Below are positions 9,188 to 17,169 of a stretch of 64,000 nt of DNA, one piece after another (the stretch's first letter is position 1; each line of letters starts with the position of its first letter). Made by a program: the position numbers and the translations under genes. Origin of the DNA: a virus; the IMG/VR virus record IMGVR_UViG_3300009124_000001; one strand, given 5' to 3'. The notes under the pieces are model-generated. The model saw nothing but the letters and a program-made list of their open reading frames with translations, was not told where the DNA came from and searched no databases.

Positions 9188-11986
9188 TCAAAGGGCGACC
9201 TCAGCGAACGATGCACCAGTTCTGGTGGCAGTAAATTGCAGAGTGATGAAGTTAATCGAGCGTGTCGGCTTCACGAAGATCTCTGCGAAGAACTCTCCAC
9301 GGTCAATGGCATCAGCAGGGTTATTGCTTCTGTCACAAACCACGAGGTAGTCAATGACACCGCGACGGGACTGAACACCTCTAAGATAAGGATCAACGAC
9401 GTTCTTGAATCCTTGACGTGTGAACTCATCGTTGAGTTCAAACAGTTGGGACTTAGCGGCGAGGCTGATTGCTTTCTCGATGACCAGGAACAGACGACGG
9501 ACGTTGATTCTGTCGAATGCAGAGGAAGTTGCGAGAGCAGTCTTATCACCATAGAGGACGATACCTTCGCCAGGGAATGCAACAACAGGGTTGATGCGAG
9601 CGGCATACAGGCGATCTCTATGATCTTTCAGAGGGGAGTATGCAAGTTTTACAGCATTACGGATTTGACCTCTGCTGAAACCAGCGGGGGAGTACCAAGG
9701 CTCTTGGTTGAGAGCGGTGCTCAGGGTCAGACCAGCGATGTCTGCGTTCAGGGGCAGATAACGATACTTGTCATTGTACTTGTCGTAGATGTACTTGTAG
9801 TTGTTATCAAATACAGCGTACGAAGAAGAACTCAGAGAGTTGAAGAAATCAACTGTCTTGTTCACAATCTCATTGGAGTTAGGAACACCGATTACAACAT
9901 CACGCGGAGGCGAGATGAATGCCATGCAGTCCTTGCGAGTTTCAGCAAGGTCAATCATCTTCTGAGCCTTAGCAATAGAGTCAGAGTTGTTGCTCATTGC
10001 GGGACCCATGATGATGTAATCCACTTCCTCAGTCTCAGCGTCGCTGAACAGATCGTAAGAATCGAACAGTTTGTCACGCTGAGCAGTGTAACCATCAACA
10101 CCACCAGCAAGACTGTACTTAACAGTAGCGGTGTTTGTGGAACCTACCAGGGGAATAGCGAGGAGGTTGATGTTAGTAGGATCATCCTGCGAAAGAATTG
10201 CTGTGCTATTCTTGAACAGGTCGAACTTGGTGTTAGCGGCAGCAACACCGAAAGCACCGTTGGCGGTTGAGTTTACGTCGAAGAGGGATGTTACCTCGTG
10301 ACTACCCCACCAGAGATACTGGGAGTTTGCCTTGATGACATCCTTATAGTAAAGGTTGGAACCCTGAGGGGACTTAGCGTCAGATGCCTTAGAAACGTCC
10401 AAGAATTTTTCAAGGATCGAACCAGGAACGCCAGTGATACCACCATCACCATCAATGACGAGGATGTGCATCAGGTCGCGGTGACCACCACGATCAGCGG
10501 CATATGCGGAAGTGCCAGGGCGAGCAGCGATAGATGCCCATCTCTGGTTGTTGCCGTAGATTCTGTTATTCCACTCATCAGCGATGGAAGAGACGTTAAC
10601 GTCAAGACCATTGTTGGTGGTGTTGTTATTAGCGAGGGTAGAAGAATCTTTCACTGTCATGTTGGCAGCGAAAGTCTTAGAACCTTCGTCAAGAGCGACC
10701 ACCAGTTTGCGTTGGATGCTAGTGACTACACCCTCTGCACTGTTGCTACCTGTGACAGTATCGCCAACAGCGAGGATACCAGAAGTTGTGGCGTAGTCCA
10801 GAGTGACTTCCAGTTTGCGGGTGCTTGCGTTATAAGCAACGATGTCGCCTCTAACGGAACCAGACAGGTTACCAACGAATGTACCGCCAGCAGCAAATTC
10901 ACCAACGAGGCTCGAACCAGTAGCGAACTCAACGACGAGTCTGTAATCGTAAACGGTGGAGTATACGTTAGATCCACTAACGTTAACCTTCTTACCAGCG
11001 ATCATCTCCCACTCCGAAACGGAGGGTTGTGCGAGATAAAGAACTTGGTCAGGACCAGCGTCGGTCATTACAATGCGAAGGCTGTTGCCGTATGTACCAG
11101 GAGTACGTGCTGCCCACTTCCAGTTGTTAGCGGCAGTCTCGGTGGTTGCCTCATAAGAATCAAGGTTCTTGATCAGAGGAGCGGTGATACCAGTCGAGGT
11201 CTCTTCGTTAACGGTAGTCTTACCAGCGGTAACCACTTGCAGAGTGATAGCAACGCCATCAGTGTGAGCAGTAGCGGTTGTTCCGAGAACAGCGCGAGTA
11301 ACGGTCAGACGGTCGCTGCTGTTAACTGCACCAGCACCAAGGTTGATGGCAGTAACTTGCAGGATCTCGTCGTCGATTCTAACGTAAGCGTTAGTTGTTA
11401 CACCCAGAGATGTGGCAGAAGAAACGTCAACAGTGGTAGCACTATCGGTCATTGTTCCGTTGTTGTCCAGAACGCTAGCGGTGCTTCCTTCAATCAAAGT
11501 GATAGAGGAACCAGCAGCGTGAGACACAGCAGAGGTGCTCAGTTGACCGCGACTAACGGCGATATCGAGACCAGCGACACCAGTAACGCTCAGAATTTCA
11601 GCGTCGATCAGGAGAAGATCGCCAGCGTCAAAATCGGTAGCGTTAGCAACAGTCAGAGTGGTGTCGGTTGCACTCAGTGTCGTCTGTGTGAAAGTTGCAG
11701 CGTCGATAGAGTTCTTCAATGCAGAGTTGTCTGCACGAACTACCTTGACAGAACCGCCATACAGCAGGAACTGCGCTACGCTGAACCAATATTCGTAGTT
11801 ATAATCATTCGGCTTGCCGAATGTATCGATGAGTTGTCTTTCGTTGGAGATTGTTACAACCTCTTCAACGGGTCCCTTCTCAAAAGATCCAACAATGGCA
11901 CCAATGTTATCAACTGTGGCGTTGACTGTATTGGTAAGATCTCTTTCTAGGACGACAACACCTGGGGAAATTTGAGTAGATGCCAT
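9188..11986 (-). CDS. g18: Tail sheath protein gp18 (932 aa, enlarged)
   Basis: Start MASTQISPGVVVLERDL; F/KGP motif, WYSPAGFSRG, FDRINVRRLF, KPTRSINFITLQF. Confidence 0.97.
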   Translation of the reverse strand: MASTQISPGVVVLERDLTNTVNATVDNIGAIVGSFEKGPVEEVVTISNERQLIDTFGKPNDYNYEYWFSVAQFLLYGGSVKVVRADNSALKNSIDAATFTQTTLSATDTTLTVANATDFDAGDLLLIDAEILSVTGVAGLDIAVSRGQLSTSAVSHAAGSSITLIEGSTASVLDNNGTMTDSATTVDVSSATSLGVTTNAYVRIDDEILQVTAINLGAGAVNSSDRLTVTRAVLGTTATAHTDGVAITLQVVTAGKTTVNEETSTGITAPLIKNLDSYEATTETAANNWKWAARTPGTYGNSLRIVMTDAGPDQVLYLAQPSVSEWEMIAGKKVNVSGSNVYSTVYDYRLVVEFATGSSLVGEFAAGGTFVGNLSGSVRGDIVAYNASTRKLEVTLDYATTSGILAVGDTVTGSNSAEGVVTSIQRKLVVALDEGSKTFAANMTVKDSSTLANNNTTNNGLDVNVSSIADEWNNRIYGNNQRWASIAARPGTSAYAADRGGHRDLMHILVIDGDGGITGVPGSILEKFLDVSKASDAKSPQGSNLYYKDVIKANSQYLWWGSHEVTSLFDVNSTANGAFGVAAANTKFDLFKNSTAILSQDDPTNINLLAIPLVGSTNTATVKYSLAGGVDGYTAQRDKLFDSYDLFSDAETEEVDYIIMGPAMSNNSDSIAKAQKMIDLAETRKDCMAFISPPRDVVIGVPNSNEIVNKTVDFFNSLSSSSYAVFDNNYKYIYDKYNDKYRYLPLNADIAGLTLSTALNQEPWYSPAGFSRGQIRNAVKLAYSPLKDHRDRLYAARINPVVAFPGEGIVLYGDKTALATSSAFDRINVRRLFLVIEKAISLAAKSQLFELNDEFTRQGFKNVVDPYLRGVQSRRGVIDYLVVCDRSNNPADAIDRGEFFAEIFVKPTRSINFITLQFTATRTGASFAEVAL

Positions 11987-12027
11987 CTGGGGGGGTTCTC
12001 CTGATAAGTTCAATCGGATGCTATTAT

Positions 12028-12033
12028 TATTTA
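12028..12033 (-). promoter_or_regulatory. Late promoter upstream of g18
   Basis: CTAAATAA followed by an AGGAG Shine-Dalgarno before the ATG at 11986. Confidence 0.75.
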
Positions 12034-12075
12034 GAAAAACCTACTCTTTCACTGGGGAAACGTGACGTGAACTCT

Positions 12076-12306
12076 CTACCAGTCAGGATATTCCCACCTA
12101 TCGAATACTTTATCTGTCATGCGACTTGTAACTACTCTCAGAATAGTGCAGGTCTTGCATTCGTATGAGTATGCACTAGGAACATGTCCTCTGTCCTTTC
12201 TAGTGAGATAGAAATCATCAAGAAGATCTTTTTGTTTACCACAAGTTCTACATTTCCTCGTAGCAAGGAGTAAATGTTCTAGTTCAAACTCCTGCTCAAA
12301 ATCCAT
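12076..12306 (-). CDS. Small CxxC...CxxC zinc-binding protein between g17 and g18
   Basis: MDFEQEF...RKCRTCG...YECKTC...WEYPDW; start abuts the g17 stop. Confidence 0.8.
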   Translation of the reverse strand: MDFEQEFELEHLLLATRKCRTCGKQKDLLDDFYLTRKDRGHVPSAYSYECKTCTILRVVTSRMTDKVFDRWEYPDW

Positions 12307-13967
12307 TATCGATAATCCCACATATAAGACATGTCTCCATATTCACCAACAGACTCAGCATTACTCCATACCTGACCTTCGGGATCGACAAAAGTTTCCT
12401 CATCTAGACCATCAGAGATGAAACCGAATGGTGCCATGTCTGCCTCAATTTGTTCCTTCTGTTCTAGATACATTCGGGCACGAACATCATTGTCATGCAG
12501 TTCTCGGAAGTAGTCAGACGTTGCCAACCAGGAGAACATGACCAAACACATAGCAAGGTCATCATTACATCCGTCTTCCGCTTCCCACGCTTGTCCTCTT
12601 TGAATAAAGGTGGTTAGTTCTGCAATAACATCGTAGTCGCTGATCAAAAGTTTGTCGTCTTCGATCAACTGTTTCATGTTTGCACACCCAGTCTTCTTGA
12701 CTGTGGTAGACATCTTGACACCCATCTGTGTCTTGTTACCAGAGAACCCTTGACCGATGACCTGACCTGCTCTACCACGCATGGCACACATTAAAAGGTT
12801 ATCGTATTCAAGATCAAACTGTAAGATATCTGCTACCTGTCCACCAATGTCATTGACTTCACAAAGCACATATGCATGGTTGTATGCTGTGGCAACTTGG
12901 TGTATGATATTCGGGAACAACAGAGGTTTGATCTGGTTGTTCCTGTACTTGGCAACCATCTTATATGGGATAGTTGTAGTATCAATTACCGTGAATGCTG
13001 AATAGTCTTTTGTTACACCCCTTGCAACGTCCACAGTAATCACATATTGATGCTCAGGTATAGGTTCTTCAAATACATCGAACCCTTTATTCCTAGTAAT
13101 AGGTTCGTCGTAGACCATCGTTCTCAACTTAGAGGCAGAGATGAGGGTATCAACCGATCCCAGAAACTCGCACTCAAATTCGACCCTGAACTGTTCCTCT
13201 GAGGTGTTCTTGATGGTTTGTTCTTTCCAGTGAGCGTCCCTACCTGGGACCTCTGACCAGTGAACCTCTGTTGTTGTATACTCATTCTTTCCACGCTCTG
13301 CGTCATGCCACAGTTTGTAGAACATGTTCATGCCGTGAGGCGTGGAAATGATAATTACTTTTGTAGACTTACCAGAAGAAATAGTAGGATAGACAGATGA
13401 AAAGAACTGATCAGCAATGTGGTTCGGAATAAACGCGAACTCGTCCAAAAATATGACGTTAAAAGACATACCCCTGACGGCACTAGCAGAAGTAGAAGCA
13501 GCCATGATCTTGCTGCCGTTCTCCAATTCCAAACTGCCCCTGTTCCATTGACTGATGCCTTGTTGCATCCACTTGGGGAGGTTTTCATAAGATAGTTGTA
13601 GACGTTGAAGCATCTCACGAGCAGTCGCTGCTTTGTTAGCGAGGATTGCTACGTTGACATTATCGTTAAACAGCACATACCACAACAGATAGGAGGTCAC
13701 AATAGTAGACTTACCAGACTGTCGTGGTAGTTTTGCGATATTAAATCTTTCAGCATGAAACTTCCTAGTCATATCGACTTGGAAGTCATACATTTCAAAT
13801 GGGATCAGACCTTTGTCCAGTGAGATGATCTTGATGTAATTCTGAATGAAGTACACAGGATCTTTACTACACCGAATATATTCCTCAACCTGATCTGGGG
13901 TGAACGCCTGTGAGACGTTCGCCTTTTTCAGGTTAGGGTTACCAAGATAGATCTGATCTGAACTCAT
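12306..13967 (-). CDS. g17: Terminase large subunit gp17
   Basis: YLGNPNLK, PRQSGKST Walker A, IFLDEFAF Walker B, ISTPHG, DVARG and NDDLAM nuclease motifs. Confidence 0.99.
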   Translation of the reverse strand: MSSDQIYLGNPNLKKANVSQAFTPDQVEEYIRCSKDPVYFIQNYIKIISLDKGLIPFEMYDFQVDMTRKFHAERFNIAKLPRQSGKSTIVTSYLLWYVLFNDNVNVAILANKAATAREMLQRLQLSYENLPKWMQQGISQWNRGSLELENGSKIMAASTSASAVRGMSFNVIFLDEFAFIPNHIADQFFSSVYPTISSGKSTKVIIISTPHGMNMFYKLWHDAERGKNEYTTTEVHWSEVPGRDAHWKEQTIKNTSEEQFRVEFECEFLGSVDTLISASKLRTMVYDEPITRNKGFDVFEEPIPEHQYVITVDVARGVTKDYSAFTVIDTTTIPYKMVAKYRNNQIKPLLFPNIIHQVATAYNHAYVLCEVNDIGGQVADILQFDLEYDNLLMCAMRGRAGQVIGQGFSGNKTQMGVKMSTTVKKTGCANMKQLIEDDKLLISDYDVIAELTTFIQRGQAWEAEDGCNDDLAMCLVMFSWLATSDYFRELHDNDVRARMYLEQKEQIEADMAPFGFISDGLDEETFVDPEGQVWSNAESVGEYGDMSYMWDYR

Positions 13968-14047
13968 TTTCTATTTCTCACTGACCAAGTTAATTCCATT
14001 GCGATCGTTAGCGTTAATACAAATGCAACCACAAATAGTGTGCTCAT
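13964..14047 (-). CDS. 27-aa single-TM microprotein
   Basis: MSTLFVVAFVLTLTIAMELTWSVRNRK; ATGA overlaps with both the nuclease stop and the g17 start. Confidence 0.6.
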   Translation of the reverse strand: MSTLFVVAFVLTLTIAMELTWSVRNRK

Positions 14048-14505
14048 TCTACTAGCGTACCGTGGGCACGACGAATTTCGCGCAACTCTTCAAAGTCTTT
14101 CTGCTTAGTTCCACCATCATATGCCCAGGCATATCCTTCGGTAATCATTTGCTCATTGAGGGAGAGTTCTGCGTCTCCAATGTAGAGCCACCCGAGAAGA
14201 CGCCCATACTTGCCCATACCGCCAACAAGCTCAGTACGGATAACGAGATCATCGTCGCCACTGATAGCACCTTCAAGTTTCTCCGCAAGCCAGTTGGTGG
14301 CATCGTATCCCAATGCTTTCTCCTCAGCATCGCGTGTTCTTTTTTCGGGGGTGTCAACACCAGCAACTCTAACTCTTTCCTTTTTATATAGATCAAAACC
14401 GAGATCAATTGTGACATCGATCGTATCGCCATCGAGCACTCTATCTATGCTCGTCACTCGGAAATTGTAACAACTCTTCCGACTCGGGGGTGTCATCGCT
14501 CCCAT
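14044..14505 (-). CDS. Thermonuclease (SNase-like) family nuclease
   Basis: RVLDGDTIDV, RVAGVDTPE, GKYGRLLG, LNEQMITEGYA motifs; start probably MGAMTPP. Confidence 0.88.
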   Translation of the reverse strand: MGAMTPPSRKSCYNFRVTSIDRVLDGDTIDVTIDLGFDLYKKERVRVAGVDTPEKRTRDAEEKALGYDATNWLAEKLEGAISGDDDLVIRTELVGGMGKYGRLLGWLYIGDAELSLNEQMITEGYAWAYDGGTKQKDFEELREIRRAHGTLVE

Positions 14506-14635
14506 TTTCTCTCTCGTCAATGCCTAATATATAGGCAACAACATAGATAACGCCTGCCAGGAGCATCACTAGCATGATGATGATGCTCCAAGTTACGTCA
14601 TTGACATCTTCTAGGGGACGTAAAAATAAGTTCAT
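14441..14635 (-). CDS. Small single-TM protein
   Basis: 64 aa with a hydrophobic helix (WSIIIMLVMLLAGVIYVVAYILG) and an acidic tail. Confidence 0.65.
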   Translation of the reverse strand: MNLFLRPLEDVNDVTWSIIIMLVMLLAGVIYVVAYILGIDERENGSDDTPESEELLQFPSDEHR

Positions 14636-14808
14636 TCCTTTGGTTTAGAATTTTTGCTAGGTATCATTTGATACGCCAACTTATCCCGTAACTTATTGAT
14701 TCTCTCTTCATCAAAGTGAGCAAAGTTTGGATACTTCTCTACTTTTTTATAGTAATGCAATGCATTTTGTATGATGGTAAAGTCTTCCATCGTTAATTCA
14801 AAGTTCAT
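14632..14808 (-). CDS. Small hypothetical protein (58 aa)
   Basis: Manual translation MNFELTMEDFTIIQNALHYYKKVEKYPNFAHFDEERINKLRDKLAYQMIPSKNSKPKE; ATGA overlaps at both ends. Confidence 0.7.
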   Translation of the reverse strand: MNFELTMEDFTIIQNALHYYKKVEKYPNFAHFDEERINKLRDKLAYQMIPSKNSKPKE

Positions 14809-14951
14809 GGGTTTCTTGGATCAATTCCTAAATCTCTTAAATACTCTATCCACCAGTCAGGATCTCTTTTCATTTTCCATTTAGGGACAGGAAGATCATG
14901 AAGCGAATACCACTCACTAATTGCTTCATCGATAGTCTGTGCGATCTCCAT
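14805..14951 (-). CDS. Small Trp-rich hypothetical protein
   Basis: MEIAQTIDEAISEWYSLHDLPVPKWKMKRDPDWWIEYLRDLGIDPRNP; start uncertain (14951 or 14960). Confidence 0.6.
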   Translation of the reverse strand: MEIAQTIDEAISEWYSLHDLPVPKWKMKRDPDWWIEYLRDLGIDPRNP

Positions 14952-15135
14952 ATTCTTCATCCTCTTCGTCAAGATCTGCATATGCATTTGCCACATAGGG
15001 TCCGTGTGGTCGTTTGGCATCTTCTCTGACATAATCCTGCTCAACATTAACAGCGTCAACCCAGACTGCAAGTTTCATTACTATAAAAAGTATGATGAGT
15101 GGTAAAAAGCATCCGAGTAGAATGACAGATCTCAT
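14926..15135 (-). CDS. Small membrane-anchored protein with acidic tail
   Basis: N-terminal TM helix, GPY...YADLDEEDEEY tail; ATGA overlap with the upstream gene. Confidence 0.7.
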   Translation of the reverse strand: MRSVILLGCFLPLIILFIVMKLAVWVDAVNVEQDYVREDAKRPHGPYVANAYADLDEEDEEYGDRTDYR

Positions 15136-15278
15136 TTGTGTTTCTTACCGAAAGGTTCCCAATGCTCCCATCCATATTTATGTATTGCCCATATCCCGAG
15201 AATAGGTACAACAATAAGTGCATACGCTAGGATACCCAGAGTGAAAGGGTTCTCCATTACATGTCTAACGAATAGCAT
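15132..15278 (-). CDS. 48-aa single-TM microprotein
   Basis: Manual translation MLFVRHVMENPFTLGILAYALIVVPILGIWAIHKYGWEHWEPFGKKHK. Confidence 0.65.
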   Translation of the reverse strand: MLFVRHVMENPFTLGILAYALIVVPILGIWAIHKYGWEHWEPFGKKHK

Positions 15279-15453
15279 ACTTCTCCCTGAAATAGAGATC
15301 TACGTTATGTAAATTGTCTAGGGGTGCATGTTCATCACCCAATGCCCAGTCATAACAGAAATGGTGCATCTGTTCGGTGACGTGTGTAACGCCATACATT
15401 CTTGCGAATGATGATAGTGCAAATTGATACCGCCGATTAGTGGGCGGTTCCAT
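15265..15453 (-). CDS. Small hypothetical protein
   Basis: MEPPTNRRYQFALSSFARMYG...VDLYFREKYAIR; start at the internal Met overlapping the ndhP end. Confidence 0.65.
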   Translation of the reverse strand: MEPPTNRRYQFALSSFARMYGVTHVTEQMHHFCYDWALGDEHAPLDNLHNVDLYFREKYAIR

Positions 15454-15568
15454 TTCCGTTGTAATTATCGGTGTCATAATAATCGCCCTTGCTAGCGCCA
15501 AAATAGATTGTAGTTAAAACAAAAGGCACTGCAATAATGAGCAGTGCCCGACCGAGTAAATGTTCCAT
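15437..15568 (-). CDS. ndhP: NdhP-like subunit of cyanobacterial NDH-1L (43 aa)
   Basis: Manual translation MEHLLGRALLIIAVPFVLTTIYFGASKGDYYDTDNYNGNGTAH; TM helix plus C-terminus matching the NdhP signature FGxxxGFYDTDxYxGNGSAH as recalled. Confidence 0.85.
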   Translation of the reverse strand: MEHLLGRALLIIAVPFVLTTIYFGASKGDYYDTDNYNGNGTAH

Positions 15569-15678
15569 TAAGGATTGTGGTTCTTAGAATCTTTAATTTT
15601 ATTGTAACCCCAGACTGCTAGGGTGCCGATACCTATACCGACGACGCAACAGATAATCATATGTTCAATGTGATGCAT
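15568..15678 (-). CDS. 36-aa single-TM microprotein
   Basis: MHHIEHMIICCVVGIGIGTLAVWGYNKIKDSKNHNP; TAATG junctions with petE and ndhP. Confidence 0.65.
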   Translation of the reverse strand: MHHIEHMIICCVVGIGIGTLAVWGYNKIKDSKNHNP

Positions 15679-16001
15679 TAGTTTACATGTACTGTACCGA
15701 TCATGCCTGCCCCTTTGTGGGGAGCACACCAGTAAGTATAGTCCCCTGCCTCGGGAAATGTCACCTCAAAGTCTTCACCTGGCAACATTGCCAGACCCTC
15801 ATGGGATAACTCAGGATGATCCTCTACCACAACGTTATGGGGAGGAAGCATATTGTTGATAAAGTGAACTGATTCACCAGCAGAAATAGTTACCTCTGCT
15901 GGATCAAATACTAGGTTGCCATTGGCACCCATCTGAACATCTACTGCCCATGCAGGAGCAGCAAGGAAAAGTGTAGCAAGAAGTGCGAAGAAAAACTTCA
16001 T
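15678..16001 (-). CDS. petE: Plastocyanin (auxiliary metabolic gene)
   Basis: Signal peptide ending APAWA, NMLPPHNVV, YTYWCAPHKGAGMIG giving Cu ligands H, C, H, M. Confidence 0.97.
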   Translation of the reverse strand: MKFFFALLATLFLAAPAWAVDVQMGANGNLVFDPAEVTISAGESVHFINNMLPPHNVVVEDHPELSHEGLAMLPGEDFEVTFPEAGDYTYWCAPHKGAGMIGTVHVN

Positions 16002-16022
16002 TAAAGTTTACACGACTACCAC

Positions 16023-16028
16023 TATTTA
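16023..16028 (-). promoter_or_regulatory. Late promoter upstream of petE
   Basis: CTAAATAG 22 nt upstream of the petE ATG, in an intergenic gap. Confidence 0.65.
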
Positions 16029-16046
16029 GATATTAATACCTAATTG

Positions 16047-16313
16047 TTACTGAGTATTATTAGGATCTCCTGGCATTTCTCTATCTAGTTCTGCCAGTCT
16101 TTCTGCCCAGGTTTGCCCACCGTCCATACCTCTACGAGGATTAATGCAACGATTGTCTCCCAACTTATTACAAACAAGTCCCGCCAGGTCAAGTTCGCTA
16201 CCTTTATTGCCTGTGCCAGACCAGTAATGTTCGCCATTAATCCAGATTGCTCCGCACTTGGGGCATTCTTTTCTTTGGAGTGATAGGTCTGAGAATTGTC
16301 TTTCATTTTCCAT
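16047..16313 (-). CDS. Cys-rich hypothetical protein
   Basis: CPKC...WINGEHYW...DLAGLVC...CINP. Confidence 0.75.
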   Translation of the reverse strand: MENERQFSDLSLQRKECPKCGAIWINGEHYWSGTGNKGSELDLAGLVCNKLGDNRCINPRRGMDGGQTWAERLAELDREMPGDPNNTQ

Positions 16314-16530
16314 TTGTGAGGTCCTTTAAGAGAGTTGAGAAATTACTAGGCGGAAGGTCTAGTTGCTTTTCCAACTGTCTCTTCATTTGCCACATCTTGA
16401 ACTTTATACCCATATATCTTATTTGTAAATCGATATATGCGAATACCCGCATAGTTCCTTCAAATCCTGCATACCAGATCATTCCTAGTAAGACCAGGAC
16501 CAAAAAATAAAATGAGAACATAAAGTCCAT
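16303..16530 (-). CDS. Small membrane protein
   Basis: TM helix; GGAG Shine-Dalgarno favours a start at MDFMFSF (16530). Confidence 0.65.
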   Translation of the reverse strand: MDFMFSFYFLVLVLLGMIWYAGFEGTMRVFAYIDLQIRYMGIKFKMWQMKRQLEKQLDLPPSNFSTLLKDLTNGK

Positions 16531-16554
16531 GTGGATACACTCCATTCTACTAAC

Positions 16555-16597
16555 TATTTACCAAAATGAGACATTTTTAAGACTAATGTAAGACATT
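16555..16597 (-). promoter_or_regulatory. Late promoter (16555-16560) preceded by three 11-bp-periodic direct repeats (pho-box-like)
   Basis: Minus strand TGTCTTACATT AGTCTTAAAAA TGTCTCATTTT, then GGTAAATAG. Confidence 0.45.
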
Positions 16598-16623
16598 GGA
16601 AAAAATTATTAAATTTCATCAAT

Positions 16624-16647
16624 AAAAAAGTCTCCCCTAAGGGAGAC
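16624..16647 (-). terminator. Rho-independent terminator
   Basis: GTCTCCC-TTAG-GGGAGAC followed by T6 on the minus strand, just after the 16654 gene. Confidence 0.88.
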
Positions 16648-16653
16648 CTTAAA

Positions 16654-17169
16654 TCAGCAGTTCCAAGCGCGTAGCGACTTATTGATTCTTGAATCAGGAT
16701 CGCCAGCAGTCTTCTTAGAAGTCAACTTACGTTTCATGCCTTTCATTCTGGCACAGAAGGAAGCACGACGTGGGTTGCCTACCTTCTTACTTGGTGCCTT
16801 CAAATCTGATCCTGGGTTCTCTGCTTCGTAAGACTTACGTCCTTTCTCATTCAGACCACCCTCAGAATTCTTACCAGACTTCTTAGTCCAAGCAGCACCC
16901 TCAGTTCTCATGGACATATCTGTGGATGCTTTCTTCGTTACTGCCTTCATTTGCAGTTGAAGTTTTTGCCTGTTGATCATCAGTTGCTTACGAGCAATCT
17001 GTTGCTGTCTATTTTGCATAGACTTATCAGCGCCAGGCGCTGCTGCTTCCGAGACTTTATCCATCTCTTTTTCAGCACATGTCTTAGAGACACAAGACTG
17101 ACACTTATGGCAATACTTGGTGCCCTTCGGGCAATTCTTTTCTTCGTTGAATTGCTTGAATGTTTTCAT
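16654..17169 (-). CDS. Basic protein, putative internal head protein
   Basis: N-terminal MKTFKQFNEE resembles the T4 internal-protein capsid-targeting sequence; C-terminal AWTKKSGKNSEGGLNEKGRKSY...SFCARM...SLRAWNC domain. Confidence 0.75.
   Translation of the reverse strand: MKTFKQFNEEKNCPKGTKYCHKCQSCVSKTCAEKEMDKVSEAAAPGADKSMQNRQQQIARKQLMINRQKLQLQMKAVTKKASTDMSMRTEGAAWTKKSGKNSEGGLNEKGRKSYEAENPGSDLKAPSKKVGNPRRASFCARMKGMKRKLTSKKTAGDPDSRINKSLRAWNC

Noticed and set aside
240-13967. Introns, inteins or homing endonucleases in uvsW, g23, g20 or g17
   Set aside because: All have ordinary lengths and uninterrupted motifs; the small CxxC gene after g17 shows no HNH or GIY-YIG catalytic motif
13964-14047. 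Possible PetN (cytochrome b6f subunit) homolog
   Set aside because: Only loose resemblance (IAM..W..RN); spacing differs from the PetN WGRxG signature, so left as an unknown microprotein
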